Positions 12,859-26,047 of a DNA stretch of 64,000 bases are shown here, piece after piece; position 1 is the first letter of the stretch; every line of letters begins with the position of its first letter. Made by a program: the position numbers and the translations under genes. The DNA comes from Octopus sinensis (lineage: Eukaryota). Location: assembly GCF_006345805.1 (NCBI RefSeq), contig NC_043004.1, positions 55,118,001 through 55,182,000 of the forward strand, written 5' to 3'. Under the pieces are notes generated by a model. It was not told the DNA's origin, made no database searches, and was given only the letters and a program-made list of their open reading frames with translations.

Positions 12859-13531
12859 TGTACAGGTTAATAAATTTATAATCTTAGTAATAATTTCTTT
12901 CAGAAACTTAAAGATTTATTTATATTTTAAACATATAAATGGCGGTGCCCCAGCATGGCCACAGTCATGGGCTGAAACTAGAATCAATCAATCAATCATA
13001 TGAAGTCCTGAGATGAAGGACTTAAGATTGAATGTTAATGGCTAAAATACTAGTCAGTCACTCAAGTTGGTGAGGCCTCACATCAGTGAGTGGGGCTGGT
13101 GTGTTGTAAAGCCATTGAGAAGAAGGCCCAGAAATGGTGTGCATTCCCTTCTGATGACTCCTGTAACCCATTAGCATTTGGTGTGCAGAACGTTTGATTG
13201 GCAGCACTTTTAGTAGCAAGTGGTTTGCCAGACTCTAAATTTATAATTTTGATAATTTCTTTCAGAAATGAAAAGAATATATTTATATTTTAAATTAAAA
13301 AAATTATACTCCACTATACTCTTTTACTCTTTTACTTATTTCAGTCATTTGACTGCGGCCATGCTAGAGCACCGCCTTTAATCGAGCAACTCGACCCCGG
13401 GACTTATTCTTTTGTAAGCCCAGTACTTATTCTATCGGTCTCTTTTGCTGAACCGCTAAGTAACGGGGACATAAACACACCAGCATCGGTTGTCAAGCAA
13501 TGCTAGGGGGACAAACACAGACACACAAACT

Positions 13532-13609
<78 letters not shown>

Positions 13610-13907
13610 ACGGGATTCTTTCAGTTTCTGTCTACCAAATCCACTCACAAGGCTTTGGTCGGCCCGAGGCTATAGTAGAAGACACTTACCCAAGGTGCCA
13701 CGCAGTGGGACTGAACCCAGAACCATGTGGTTGGTAAACAAGCTACTTACCACACAGCCACTCCTGCGTCTAAATTTTTTTTTTTCTTTATGTCTCATCT
13801 CTGTCTGTTAAATTTTGCTATTTTTACTGTTGCCATTAATATCATCCCTGTTGTTGTTAAATGTATATCTAAGATCTACTTCTTTTGCTGTCTTCTCTCT
13901 GTTGCAG

Positions 13908-14030
13908 TATAAAGTCTACCACATTCCACGCAGTCGAGAAGTTGGACAGTCGTACTTGTCCTCCATTTTCACCACAATTTATTCTTGCTTCTGTTGCTTC
14001 CCTCTGGTTCGCAGGATCCATCCTGATCTT
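13908..14030 (+). CDS. ALG14: ALG14 internal coding exon (YKVYHIPRSREVGQSYLSSIFTTIYSCFCCFPLVRRIHPDL)
   Basis: Polypyrimidine tract + gttgcag acceptor, gtaagt donor at 14031, 123 nt, phase 0/0. The peptide matches the ALG14 IPRSREVxQS...PDL motif as I recall it from human ALG14. Confidence 0.95.
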
Positions 14031-14254
14031 GTAAGTAATAAGTGTTTCACACATTCCTTCTGCTTATCAACAGATTACAATCCCAGTCACTTTTTCCTTT
14101 CAATGTTTGTAGAACACCAGGCATTATCTCTGCGATGTTTAGTTATATCCTTTGATGGACCGTGTACAAATCTCATTGATGTTAACTTTGTTATTCTTTT
14201 AAATATTGCTTCCACATCTGGGATGGTGCTGCTGCTACGTACATAGGTATCCTG

Positions 14255-14667
14255 GGATCTTTTCGGTTTGAATGGCAGTTTTTTCTAGCGGTGTCATATG
14301 AAATTGTCACCCATAATTATGACCCTAGTATCAATCTATTGCATTTCAATCTCTTTTAGGGTTAGGGGTGGGGGGAAGGGTATCTTTTTTTCTTCACAAA
14401 TGTAAATAAACCCAATCTGTTTCTTAAACAAGGGATATATTCATATGGCACAGAATGTTTTTTTTACCTCAATGGACGTCAGTGATTGGTTGAAATTGCA
14501 GAAATTGAAGAAAAAAAACAACAAATATCTTACAAACTATAGAATTTTCTCAATAAAGCCAAGAGAAAAAGATGTTTTATAAACACATTCTAGCAGTATA
14601 TGAAGTTTAAACTTTTTTAGTTACCTAGAAATTATGTTAAAAACTGCTGTTCAAACTGAAAAGATCC
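14255..14667. mobile_element. ~410-bp MITE with 29-bp TIR GGATCTTTTCGGTTTGAACGGCAGTTTTT
   Basis: Perfect 8-bp TSD gtatcctg (14247-14254 / 14668-14675); many further copies in the window; superfamily unassigned. Confidence 0.9.
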
Positions 14668-16167
14668 GTATCCTGGACTACATCAAGAGAAAGTTCACTT
14701 GGCTAATTGACATTAAATCACTCTCAGACAATCTCCAGCTTCTGGCCGATTGGTGTGTTGTCTCCTTTCTCTGTCTTTCTTGTCACTAGTCACTGCTTTA
14801 ATGGCATCTGTTTATTGGAGATGGCTGGTCTTTTACTGCCTCCACTCAGCCATTCCCAATCCACTCCGCTCTTGTTACCCCCTTTTGTGTCCAACACCCC
14901 CAGCCCCTTGCAACAGTTCAAACCAGACATTAATGGCTTCAATCTCACCAGTGTAGGAGGGCTTACAATGGTTCATGGATATTCTAAATATTAGGAAGAT
15001 AGTTAATATTCTTAATTATTAATTTGATGTTTAAATGCTAAAATGTTTGGCATTTTTACATCTCCAGTTAGGGGACAGCCTTTTTCGAGAAGTGGGCTAC
15101 AAGAGACGTGACTCATCATCAGGTGGGCTATACTACTAAAAAAAAATTCAGGTAATTTTTCATTAGATACGTCTTTCAGAAAGTCCCACAGGTTGCAGTT
15201 TGCCCATGTCTAGTCTAGACCCAGGAAATTAAACAAAAAGTGTAAGTACCTGTCAAATTGTGGAATCAATTTTATCAACTATTTTCTCCTCTCTGTAATC
15301 TGTGATCTTGTGTCTAAGTTAGAAATATAGAATAATAACAATCATTTCTGAGATGGTTGATTGACAGAATTGGCAAGTGTTAGACAAAATACCTTGTGGT
15401 ATTTACACCACTTGGTTCCTTATTTTGAATCCTACTACGGTCAACTTTGCATTTCATCCTTCTGTGGTTAATAAAGATAAGAACCAATTTGGAGCTGGGC
15501 TCAATTTAATTAACTGTATCTTCACTCGAATTTGATATATTGTTCCTATGTAAGCACTCAGTTTTAATTATATCTTTAAGGTGGTCAGCTAATAGAATCG
15601 TTAGCATGCCAGGCAAAATGCTTAGTGGCATTTCGTTCATCTTCAACGTTTTGAGTTCAAATTCCATTGAAGTTGACTTTACCTTTCATCCTTTTGGTAT
15701 CAACACCAGAGTCAACATAACTTATCTCCTCTACTCTCCTGCAATTGCTAACCTTGTGCCAAAATTCGAAATTAATATTATATCTCTTTAAGTTCTTCAT
15801 ATCTTATTGAGGTTGACTTCACCTGTTAAGGGTCTCAATAAAAGTCTCAATCAAACATCAAATTGATTTAATTGATGACTTTCTTGCTCCTGCTGTATAT
15901 TTGGCCTTGTGTTAATATTAGGAATAATTGCTTTTTAGATGAGGTACGACTCTTTTACTCTTTGTACATGTTTCAGTCATTTGACTGCGGCCATGCTGGA
16001 GCACCGCCTTTAGTCAAGCAAATCAACCCCAGGACTTATTCTTTGTAAACCTAGTACTTATTATATCAGTCTCTTTTGCTGAACCGCTAAGTTACGGGGA
16101 CGCAAACACTCCACCATCGGTTGTCAAGCGATGTTGGGGGGACAAACACAGACACACAAACATATAC

Positions 16168-16207
<40 letters not shown>

Positions 16208-16774
16208 ATATATATGACAGGCTCCTTTTCAGTTTCTGTCTACCAAATCCACTCACAAGGCTTTGGTCGGCCTGAGGCTATAGTAGAAGACACTTGCCCA
16301 AGGTGCCATGCAGTGGGACTGAACCCGGAACCATGTGGTTGGTAAGCAAGCTACCTACCACACAGCCACTCCTGCACCTATAAGGTCAGTAATTTTAAGG
16401 GAAGGAAGTTAGTTTTGAACATTGATCCCAATAGACTAAGAAAGGATGAAAGTGGGATTTAAACTCAGAACATAAAGCTTCAATAAAGGGGGATTTCTGA
16501 TTCAGGAACAGCCAACAATTTTGAAGGGAGAGAGAGTCAATTACATCAACTCCAGGACTCATGTCAAAACTCATGTCTACAGCTGAGTGAACTGAAGCAA
16601 CATGAAATAAAGTGTGTTGTTCAAGAATACAACGCCGCCCGGTCCGGGAATCGAACTCACTACCTCATGATTGTGAACCCGACGCTCTAACCACTGAACC
16701 ATGGCATGAAAAAATGCACATAGTAGATGTATGCCAATTTCAGTCGTGCATATTCAGGAAAATAAAGCTTTTAG

Positions 16775-17433
16775 GGTACTACTTAAGAAGAGCGGTCCCG
16801 GTGCGCGCACTTGCGTAGTCGCGCATCTGTGCTAGTTGATCCTTACTTTGTGTTTTGTATTTTATTTACTTTGTTTAGAAAAGGTATTTACTTTGTGTAA
16901 AAAAATGGATCTTTTTGGTTTGAACGGCAGTTTTTAACATAATTTCTAGGTAACTAAAAAATTTTAAACTGCGTATACTGGTAGAATGTGTTTATAAAAC
17001 ATCTTTTTCTCTTGGCTTTATTGAGAAAATTCTGTAGTTTGTAAGATATTTGTTGTTTTTTTCTTCAATTTCTGCAATTTCAACCAATCAATGACGTCTA
17101 TTGAGGTGAAAGCATTCTGTGCCGTATGAATATGTCCCTCGTTTAAGAAACAGATTGGGTTTATTTACATTTGTGAAAAAAAAAAGATACCCTTCCCCCC
17201 ACCCCTGACCCTAAAACAGATAGAAATGCAGTAGATCGATAATAGGGTTATAATTATGGGTGACAATTTCATATGACACCGCTAGAAAAACTGCTGCTCA
17301 AACCGAAAAGATCCTAAAAAATATTTGTGTTTTATTTACTTTGCTAGGTAGTCGCTGTAGGATCGACTAGTCACGACTAGCTAGCGCGGATGCGCGTCTA
17401 CGCGCACCGGGACCACTCTTCTTAAGTAGTACC
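16775..17433. mobile_element. Outer MITE with 33-bp TIR GGTACTACTTAAGAAGAG(C/T)GGTCCCGGTGCGCG, Merlin-like
   Basis: Near-perfect TIRs; degenerate 8-bp TSD gcttttag/acttttaa; GGTAC fits the GGNRM Merlin terminus as I recall it. Confidence 0.7.
16907..17314. mobile_element. Same MITE family, opposite orientation, nested in another MITE
   Basis: Same TIRs; perfect 8-bp TSD taaaaaat. Confidence 0.9.
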
Positions 17434-19109
17434 ACTTTTAATACATTAAAGCGTGTAATATAGGCTGAACTTCGGATATAGGACCAAATGGTGATTTTTG
17501 AAGAGATATTTCTTTGAAACACATGTGTCTTATATCTCATCAAATACGGTATTTATGTTTTCGATAGTAATCCACAGCTAAAATATGAACCTCTAATTCG
17601 TGTGGTCCCAGGGAAACTGTTCAGTGTGGCCATGTTTTAAGACGGCACTGTTTCTAGGGCAATAAAATAGGTAAGAGGCATGCGTTGAATTTAATTCAAC
17701 GGACTGTGTGCCTTCCTTTTACATATTTCCGGCCTTCGTGTCTCTTTAGGTTGTTAATTTAAATCCTGACCCTATTGGTTTTATTCTTATTCATTTGGAG
17801 TCGGTAAAATAATTATCAGTACCATAATTGGTAAGTAAATGTACTAACTAATTACTGATTTTATTTAGTTCATTTAACTAAACGGCAACCGACAGTAATT
17901 TCACAGTGTGTAGCAAGGGAGGTAATTTATGAACTTTTTGCTCAACTATTATCTCCCTTGTACTTATCTTCATTTTATCAAAATTGTTGTCTAAAACCAT
18001 TATCAGTGGTCAGTGGGGGTCAGTACACTGTCACTTTCAGTATTTGTATTAACGGATCTTAGATCTTTTCAGTTTGAACAGCAGTTTTTTAAAATAATTT
18101 CTAGGTAACTGAAAAATTTTAAACTTCGTATACTGGTAGAATGTGTTGATAAACCATCTTTTTCTCTTAGCTTTATTGAGAAAATTCTGTAGTTTGTAAG
18201 ATATTTGTTGTTTTTTTTTCTTCAATTTCTGCAATTTCAACCAATCAATGACGTCTATTGAGGTAAAAAAAACAACATTCTGTGGTGAAGAAAAAAAAGA
18301 TACCCTTCCCCCCACCCCTAATCCTAACTTTGTTTAGAAAAAGTATTTACTTTGTGTAAAAAATGGATCTTTTTGGTTTGAACGGCAGTTTTTAACATAA
18401 TTTCTAGGTAACTAAAAAATTTTAAACTTCGTATACTGGTAGAATGTGTTCATAAAACATCTTTTTCTCTTGGCTTTATTGAGAAAATTCTATAGTTTGT
18501 AAGATATTTGTTGTTTTTTTTCTTCAATTTCTGCAATTTCAACCAATCAATGACGTCTATTGAAATGCAATAGATCGATACTAGGGTCATAATCATAGGT
18601 GACAATTTGATATGACACAGCTAGAAAAAACTGCCGTTCAAACTGAAAAGATCCCGGATCTTTTCTGTTTGATTCCCAGCGGCTCCAAAACTTATAGTCT
18701 ACCGAAAATTATAAAATTTGGTACAACAATACACTTGCCCAAACTGAATTGCTGGAGTTATTTCATTTTTTTTCCCCATAAAAATGTTTTTAAAAAAGTT
18801 ATAGAGGTTTAAAGTTTGGTCCTTTTCACCGAGTCAGGAAGTAAGATTTGGAAGCTGTCATTTTGTGCCTAACTGCACATTTTGTCGTCAACATCCTGGA
18901 AATAGCACGTGTTGTCAATATTTGTAAACAACATGTGTTATGCCTTCAGTAATTTTCTTTCATGCAAATAAATCTTATTTAGTTGTCATTTTTAGCATAC
19001 CTTACAACCACCAGTGTTTAATGCAAATGCAATGAGCAACACGTTACATGCGATAAACACATTACAATTTTTAACAGAAAGGTTTAGAAGAATTAGATGA
19101 AAGTTCTCC

Positions 19110-19500
19110 AGGCGCAGGAGTGGCTGTGTGGTAAGTAGCTTGCTAACCAACCACATGATTCCGGGTTCAGTCCCACTGCGGGGCATCTTGGGCAAGTGTC
19201 TTCTGCTATAGCCTCGGGCCGACCAAAGCCTTGTGAGTGGATTTGGTAGACGGAAACTGAAAGAAGCCTGTCGTATATATATATATATATATGTATGTGC
19301 GTGTATGTGTTTGTCCCCCTAGCATTGCTTGACAACCGATGGTGGTGTGTTTATGTCCCCATTAATTAGCGGTTCGGCAAAAGAGACCGATAGAATAAGT
19401 ACTGGGCTTACAAAGAATAAGTCCCGGGGTCGATTTGCTTGACCAAAGGCGGTGCTCCAGCATGGCCGCAGTCAAATGTCTGAAATAAGTAAAAGAGTAA
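19110..19500 (+). mobile_element. tRNA-headed SINE with CORE-like block and (TAAAAGAG)n tail; copies at 8909-10123(-), 13318-13771(-), 15950-16379(-), 26650-27015(-), 42525-42880(-), 59747-60130(+), 61160-61700(-)
   Basis: A-box GTGGCTGTGTGG, B-box GGTTCAGTCC, cttgggcaagtg block, central (TA)n/(TG)n tract, repeated tail. Confidence 0.85.
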
Positions 19501-21185
19501 TTTTCTTTTATGTAGATAAAAGTTAATTTAAGAGAGAAAAAAATTTAGTTTTAAATCTCTGAGCGAGATGTTGGTAAATAAACTTCAATTTAAAAGATTT
19601 ATCAAAAGAAATCTTATTTAGCTATTATTTTTAGCACACCTCACAACCACCTGGTTTAAATACAATTCAAATATGTGTAAAAATACATTTAACTTTCGGT
19701 TTTAATTTTTAAAATATCCTCCTTTGTTTTCAATGCTTTCCATAATAGAAGCAAAGTTACTGGAGCTTGCTGCTACAATCACCCAGAACACAGCATCAAA
19801 TTTGTCATCATGTGCTTCCTCACAGATAAAAAACTTTTCAAAGAGTATTTCAGATTTGCTTGTTACTATGGCAACAGGCATGGTGAGAGACAAAAGAGTT
19901 CTCATGTTTATCGAAACAGCCATGAATGCATCTGTGGCTTACGTTTGGCTAAAATTACCAAAATTTTCAAACGTTAATTACTAATAACTCTTTATTTGTC
20001 GATTTATAGCGAAAATTAATTTCCCATCATTAATCTCTCTATATAAACGGCAGTTTGTCTGTGCGTGCTTCTGTGTGTCTGTTTTCTCGTACCCTCACCC
20101 TGACCACGGCTTTCAACCGATTCTGATGAAACTTGACACACACATAGCCCAATGTCATAATTCAAAACTAACGCAGCGAAAATTTTGAAAAGTTCCCCCA
20201 GTTCTGAAAAAAATTGATAAATTCGACATGGGGTCGAGAATCATAAACATGAACCACAGACTGTCTAGGGGACGCAACTCGAGAATCTAAGCTTTTTTTA
20301 TGCAACGCATTATCTATGGTAGTTTTCACAACTTGCAATCGATTTTCACCAAACTCATGGTGAAGCTTAATGTTACCCTAAGAAACTCAATTCTGACGTT
20401 AGTTTTCCATGCAATACCTTACCATCAGAAACAATCGATAAAATCATGCCATTTTGGGAAATCGCGTTCAAATTCAAGATGACATATTTTCGACAATATC
20501 TTTCACAAATTGGCAGGAATCTTTTTTTTTTTTTCACAACGAGCATCATGTCTGCTCCAAGGAGCTATATAGCCCTTTTTATTCCAATAGGATACATTAT
20601 TGGAAAAAATCGGTTAATTTAATCATATGTGGCACACATAGCAAACAAATTTGTGTATTAAACACAAACCAGACTGTCTAGGGGACGCAACTTGACCTTT
20701 TTAGCTATCGATAATTCGATCCAACCAATTCCTACCAGGAAGAAATTACATTCGAGACTTTACCCCCAACACCGCCACTTCTGCTAATAGCTGCTGCAGC
20801 CGCAAGTTATTCGAATACTTTTTTGGTTTAAACTTTCTTTATAACTACCACCCCAAACGTTTTACCTTCAATTTTTGACGTACCCTAACGGTCCTCGGAC
20901 GCTACTTGCAAACTCTTGGTTTATTATAAACCACTTTTGTCGTGTGCATCAAAAAACTTTTCCTTTCGTTTGTTCAGTTTGATCACTTTTGACTTTTTCG
21001 TTGTTGTCACTCACATTGCTGCCAGCTTTTTGGCTGTTTTTGTACATTTTTATACGTTTTCGGATACTTACCCCACGAGCTCCTTTTTATTACACCTTTA
21101 CCAAACACATTGCTATCCACCAAAATACTTACCCCACGTGTTCCTTTTTATTACACCTTTGCCAAACACATTGCTATCCACCAAA

Positions 21186-23483
21186 ATGCCACCCAAGAAG
21201 AGAAGGACCCTCCTCAGCCCTCGGACGGCCAAGGCATCGGCTGCTAGGGCTAGAAGGGCACGCGAGACCCACGAGGAAACCGCCTTGCGCCTCTCGCAAA
21301 CAGCTTCCCGTTATGCCGCTGCTCAGGCATCTGAAACTACTAGCGACCGTTCTACCCGACTTGCAAGGGTCGCAGCGTACAGATCTTCCCTCCGCTCGAG
21401 GTTGACGAAAGAGCAACAGTCCAGCCAAAACATGCGGGCTTCTTACTGTGCTTCCATCCGCAGAGCTCGCGAGAACCCCGAACAAAGGGCCATTCGGAAT
21501 GCGGCTAACGCCACTAGCACTGCCAGGACACGATCTGTCGAAACCTCACAGCAGAGGAGAACTCGCCAAGATGCTGACGCCGCAAACAAAGCCATGGCCA
21601 AAGCTGCCGAAACACCTCAACAGAGGAGAGCTCGCCAAGCTGCTAACGCCGCAAACACAGCCAGGGCTCGATCTGCCGAAACTCCACACCAACGGACTAT
21701 TCGGACATCCAGACATGCCATTAACACTGCTTCTGCTAGGGCTTCAGAGGGTGCTGAGGCGAGAGCTGAAAGGCTTTCAAGGGATGCCACTGCTACCGCT
21801 GTCGCACGTGCATCTGAATCTGCTGAGGCACGGTGCACTCGACTTGAGAGTATCAACAAACGTCGGGATATCATTCGTGGTGTACGTACCCCTGCCCCCG
21901 CTTTCTGGTTGTCACTAGCATTCAACTACGACGCCACAATTAACTTCTCCTTGCGTGACGACATCAAGATAGGGTCAATGACAATTGTATGCCAGTTTTG
22001 CAAAGCCAAGAAATGGCCCGGAGAGCCACCTGGTTTGTGCTGCTCTGGTGGCAAAGTGGACCTGCCACCCCTACGGGAACCACCTCAACCACTGAAGAAT
22101 CTCGCGGCGGGTTTAACCCCCGATTCGTCACAATTCCTTGAAATAATTCGAAAGTACAACTGCTCATTCCAAATGACCTCTTTTGGGGCCAAAATTCCTC
22201 CCAGAGAAGGCTGGATGCCTACTTTCAAAGTGCAGGGACAGGTCTACCATCTTATTGGGTCACTTCTGCCAGACGAGATTCAGCAGTCTTCTTTCCTCCA
22301 AATATACTTCATTGCCGACTACAACCACCAGGTTGATGCACGCCTTGGAATAATACCGGGTACAAGCTATGTTCCCCGCAAAGACATTCTTCTCCGTCTC
22401 CAAACCATGCTTCATGATATCAACAGCTACGTCTGCAGCTTCAGATATGCCTTGGACAGTGCTCCATCTCCAAACTTCACCGTTGTCTTTGATGCTGATA
22501 AACGACCCCACGGGGAGCACGAACGCCGTTTCAACGCACCTGCGTGCAACGAAATTGCCGCAGTTATACACGGAGAGCAACACAACAGCCGTGACATAAT
22601 CATCTCCTCCCGTGGTAACAACCTACACAGGATCAGCGAGACTCACAGATCTTATGACGCGCTTCACTATCCATTGCTTTTCCCTTATGGGGAAGACGGC
22701 TACCACTTCGGAATTCCTTTACGGCAGCCCTCCAATCAAACTACTGCGGCATCAAAGACGGTTTCCTGCAGGGCGTTCTACTCATACCGGTTCATGGTCA
22801 GGGAGGGTGAGTTCAACTTATTGCCCCGTTGTCGTCAGCTATTCAACCAGTTCGCCGTCGATATGGCCGCAAAAATGGAATCGGAAAGGCTGCTATACAT
22901 TAAACTTAATCAGACCAAACTTCGCTCCGACTCCTACATTCATCTCCGTGACGGTTTGCAACAAGAAAATGACCCTCGCAACATCGGCAAGCCATGCATT
23001 CTACCCTCCACCTTCACGGGAGGACCGCGATATATGCGTGAAAGGACCCAAGACGCCTTGACCTACGTGCGCATTTACGGCCGGCCGGACCTCTTTATCA
23101 CCTACACGTGCAATCCCAGCTGCGACGAAATCACTCGCGAACTCCTCCCGGGTCAATCTCACACCCATCGACACGACATCGTTGCTAGGGTTTTCCGTCT
23201 GAATTTGGGCAAAATGAAGGATTTGATAGTTAAGAGTCAGATTTTCGGGCATGTCAGGTGCCATATGTTTTCGGTCGAGTGGCAAAAGAGGGGCTTGCCA
23301 CATGCTCACATCTTAATTTGGCTCACTCATAAAATCGAGACTAATGACATTGACAAATTCATTTCCGCCGAGATTCCTGACCCCGATGAGGACCCCGGAC
23401 TCTACGAAATTGTCCGCACTACCATGGTACACGGGCCCTGTGGACCAAATTACGCCACACACCATGCTACAAAAACGGATTAG
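21186..23483 (+). pseudogene. Helitron RepHel, 5' part (NLS-like start, 23-aa repeats, Zn-finger-like motif, Rep motifs 1-2); ends at a frameshift
   Basis: ATG 21186 gives MPPKKRR; CQFC...CCSGGKV; [11 protein letters not shown]; [16 protein letters not shown] (HUH); HGPCG, then the frame is lost. Confidence 0.9.
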
Positions 23484-26047
23484 CCTGCTCAAAGGGATTC
23501 CCTAAACGGTTCACTTTGGAGACTCAAACAGGCGGCGATGGGTATCCGCTGTACAAACGAAGGAGTCCAGCCAATGGAGGCCGCACGATTACGGTTGGGC
23601 GACATCAAGTGGACAACAGCTACATTGTCCCCTACTGTCCTCTCCTGTCGAAGATATTCAAAGCCCACGTCAACGTTGAGTTCTGCAGCTCCATCAGGTC
23701 AATACAATATGTCTGCAAATATATCAACAAAGGCAGCGATGCTGCCATGTTCAGCATCCAGAGGACCACCAGTCGCGACGAAGTGTCCAACTACTTGGCT
23801 GGCCGGTACCTCAGCAGCAACGAAGCGTTTTGGCGCATTTACGGCTTCCCGCTCCATCAGAGACACCCGGCTGTGGTGCAGCTTGCTGTACACTTGGAAA
23901 ATGGACAGCAGATTTACTTCACAGAGCAAAGTGCTGTGCAGATAGCCACCAGCCCTAAAGACACAACGTTGACTGGTTTCTTCAAATTATGCCAACGTGA
24001 TGACTTCGCTCGAACGCTTTTGTACCCACAGGTCCCATCGTACTTCGTGTGGTCTAAAAACACCTGGGTTCGACGGAAATCCGGCAAAAACGTCGAAAGC
24101 TTCCCAGGCGTCAAGTTTGACTCCTGCCTGGGTCGAGTTTACAACATCCCGCCAAACCAGCAAGAATGCTTCTACCTCCGTCTCCTTCTACATGAGGTCA
24201 CTGGTCCAACAGGTTTCGCCAATATACGTACCGTCAATGGGGTTCTGTGCGACACCTTCAGGGAAGCATGTATGAGACTTGGCCTTCTAGAGGATGACTC
24301 CCAGTGGGACGCCACGATGGCAGAGGGTGCTTTACTGCAAACGCATTCGGCCCTACGACATCTTTTCGCAATCCTTCTTCAAAAATGTCAGCTTAGTGAT
24401 CCACTAAGTCTCTGGATGAAATACAGGGATGACATGCCGCACGACTTCTTACGTACGGCTCAGCAACACTGCCCTTCCGCCGAGATCACGTTCACCAACT
24501 TCATTTACAATTTTGCGCTCATTCAACTTGAAGACGCTGTCATCGATATGGGTGGGTCTGCTTTAACAGAGTACGGCCTTCCACCACCCACACGTGAACA
24601 CGCCAATGTTATGTCTGCTGAATTGTTACGCGAAACTTCCTACTGCATTGAGGAACTGCACCAGTACGTCCAAGATAATGAACCACGGCTGCTTCCAGAC
24701 CAGCGCATAGCCTACAACACCATCGTAGACTCTGTCAGACAGCAACGTGGGGGGATTTTCTTCCTTGATGCACCCGGCGGCACTGGCAAAACCTTCGTCA
24801 CTAAACTAATTCTGGCAGAGGTCAGACGCAACACGGACATTGCCCTGGCTGTAGCTTCCTCTGGTATCGCGGCCACGTTGCTTCCGGGTGGCAGAACCGC
24901 CCACTCTGCCTTCAGACTCCCGCTCGATCTGGCAAAGTCCGAGTCACCTATCTGCAACATCGCCAAGAACTCAGAACAGGCCGACATTCTGCGCAGATGC
25001 AAACTCATCGTATGGGACGAGTGCACTATGGCACACAAAGGCGCCCTTGAGGCACTGGACAGGTCCCTGCAAGACTCTACGGCCCCCATGGGAGGATTAA
25101 CTTTACTTCTTTCAGGAGACTTCAGGCAGACTCTACCTGTTATTCCAAAAGGAACCCGTGCCGATGCCGTGCGCGCGTGCCTTAAGTCGTCAGCTCTTTG
25201 GGCACATGTGCGGCCCTTGCACCTCCAAACTAACATGCGCGCGCAGTTAATTGGTGACAGCGGATCCGCTGCATTCTCCAGGGACCTCTTATCGCTCGGT
25301 GAAAATAGGATGCTGTCTGATGCGGATGGCTACGTTCAATTGGACTCACTTTGCACCATTGTCGACACCCCTGCTAGCCTCCGGGACGCTGTCTTCCACG
25401 ACCTACAAAACAATTTACGCGACCTAAAATGGCTGGCAGGCAGAGCTATTCTCGCACCCAAAAATACAACCGTCAACTCCATCAATATCCAGCTACTTGA
25501 AGCTATTCCTGGTGATGTCCACGTCTACAAATCTATAGATAGGACAGCAGACCCCGCCCAGCTTGCCGATTATCCTGTTGAATTCCTGAATTCACTTGAA
25601 CCGCCAGGCCTGCCACCACACATCCTGAAGTTAAAAGTCGGTGCGCCCATTATGCTCATCAGGAATTTGGTTCCACCTAAACAGTGCAACGGCACACGTT
25701 TGGTTGTGAAACATTTGGCACCACATTTAATAACGGCCACAATACTTACCGGTTGTGGGAAGGGAGAGGACGTCTTCATTCCACGGATGCACCTTCAACC
25801 GTCGGGCGCTGACCTACCAATCCACTTCAGGCCTTCTCAGTTTCCTGTTAAACTCTGCTTCGCAATGTCCATCAATAAATCCCAAGGCCAAACGCTACAA
25901 GTCGCTGGGTTACATTTGGGCGAACAGTGCTTCGCCCACGGTCAACTCTACGTGGGCTGTTCACGCGTTGGGAGGCGCAATGATGTTTTCATGTTTTCGC
26001 CCAAACGGACAGCTAGGAACATCGTATATACAGAAGTATTCCAGTGA
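23453..26047 (+). pseudogene. Helitron RepHel, 3' part (Rep Y2 motif + PIF1-family SF1B helicase)
   Basis: Frame is open upstream of the called TTG (..[18 protein letters not shown]); GYPLYKRR, YVCKYINKG, DAPGGTGKT, WDECTM, GDFRQTLPV, FAMSINKSQGQT, HGQLYVGCSRV; TGA 26045-26047. Confidence 0.92.

Noticed and set aside
16600-16710. tRNA genes at SINE heads (also 19110-19190 and 952-1040)
   Set aside because: A/B boxes are present but there is no acceptor stem; they run into SINE bodies and are multi-copy.
20916-21185. 90-aa hydrophobic N-terminal extension of the called 855-aa ORF
   Set aside because: TTG start, T-rich low-complexity sequence containing a tandem duplication; ATG 21186 (MPPKKRR) is the plausible start.
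23445-23483. Programmed -1 ribosomal frameshift in RepHel
   Set aside because: No X_XXY_YYZ heptamer in frame (only A_AAT_TAC and a 5-A run), and Helitron RepHel is normally a single ORF.
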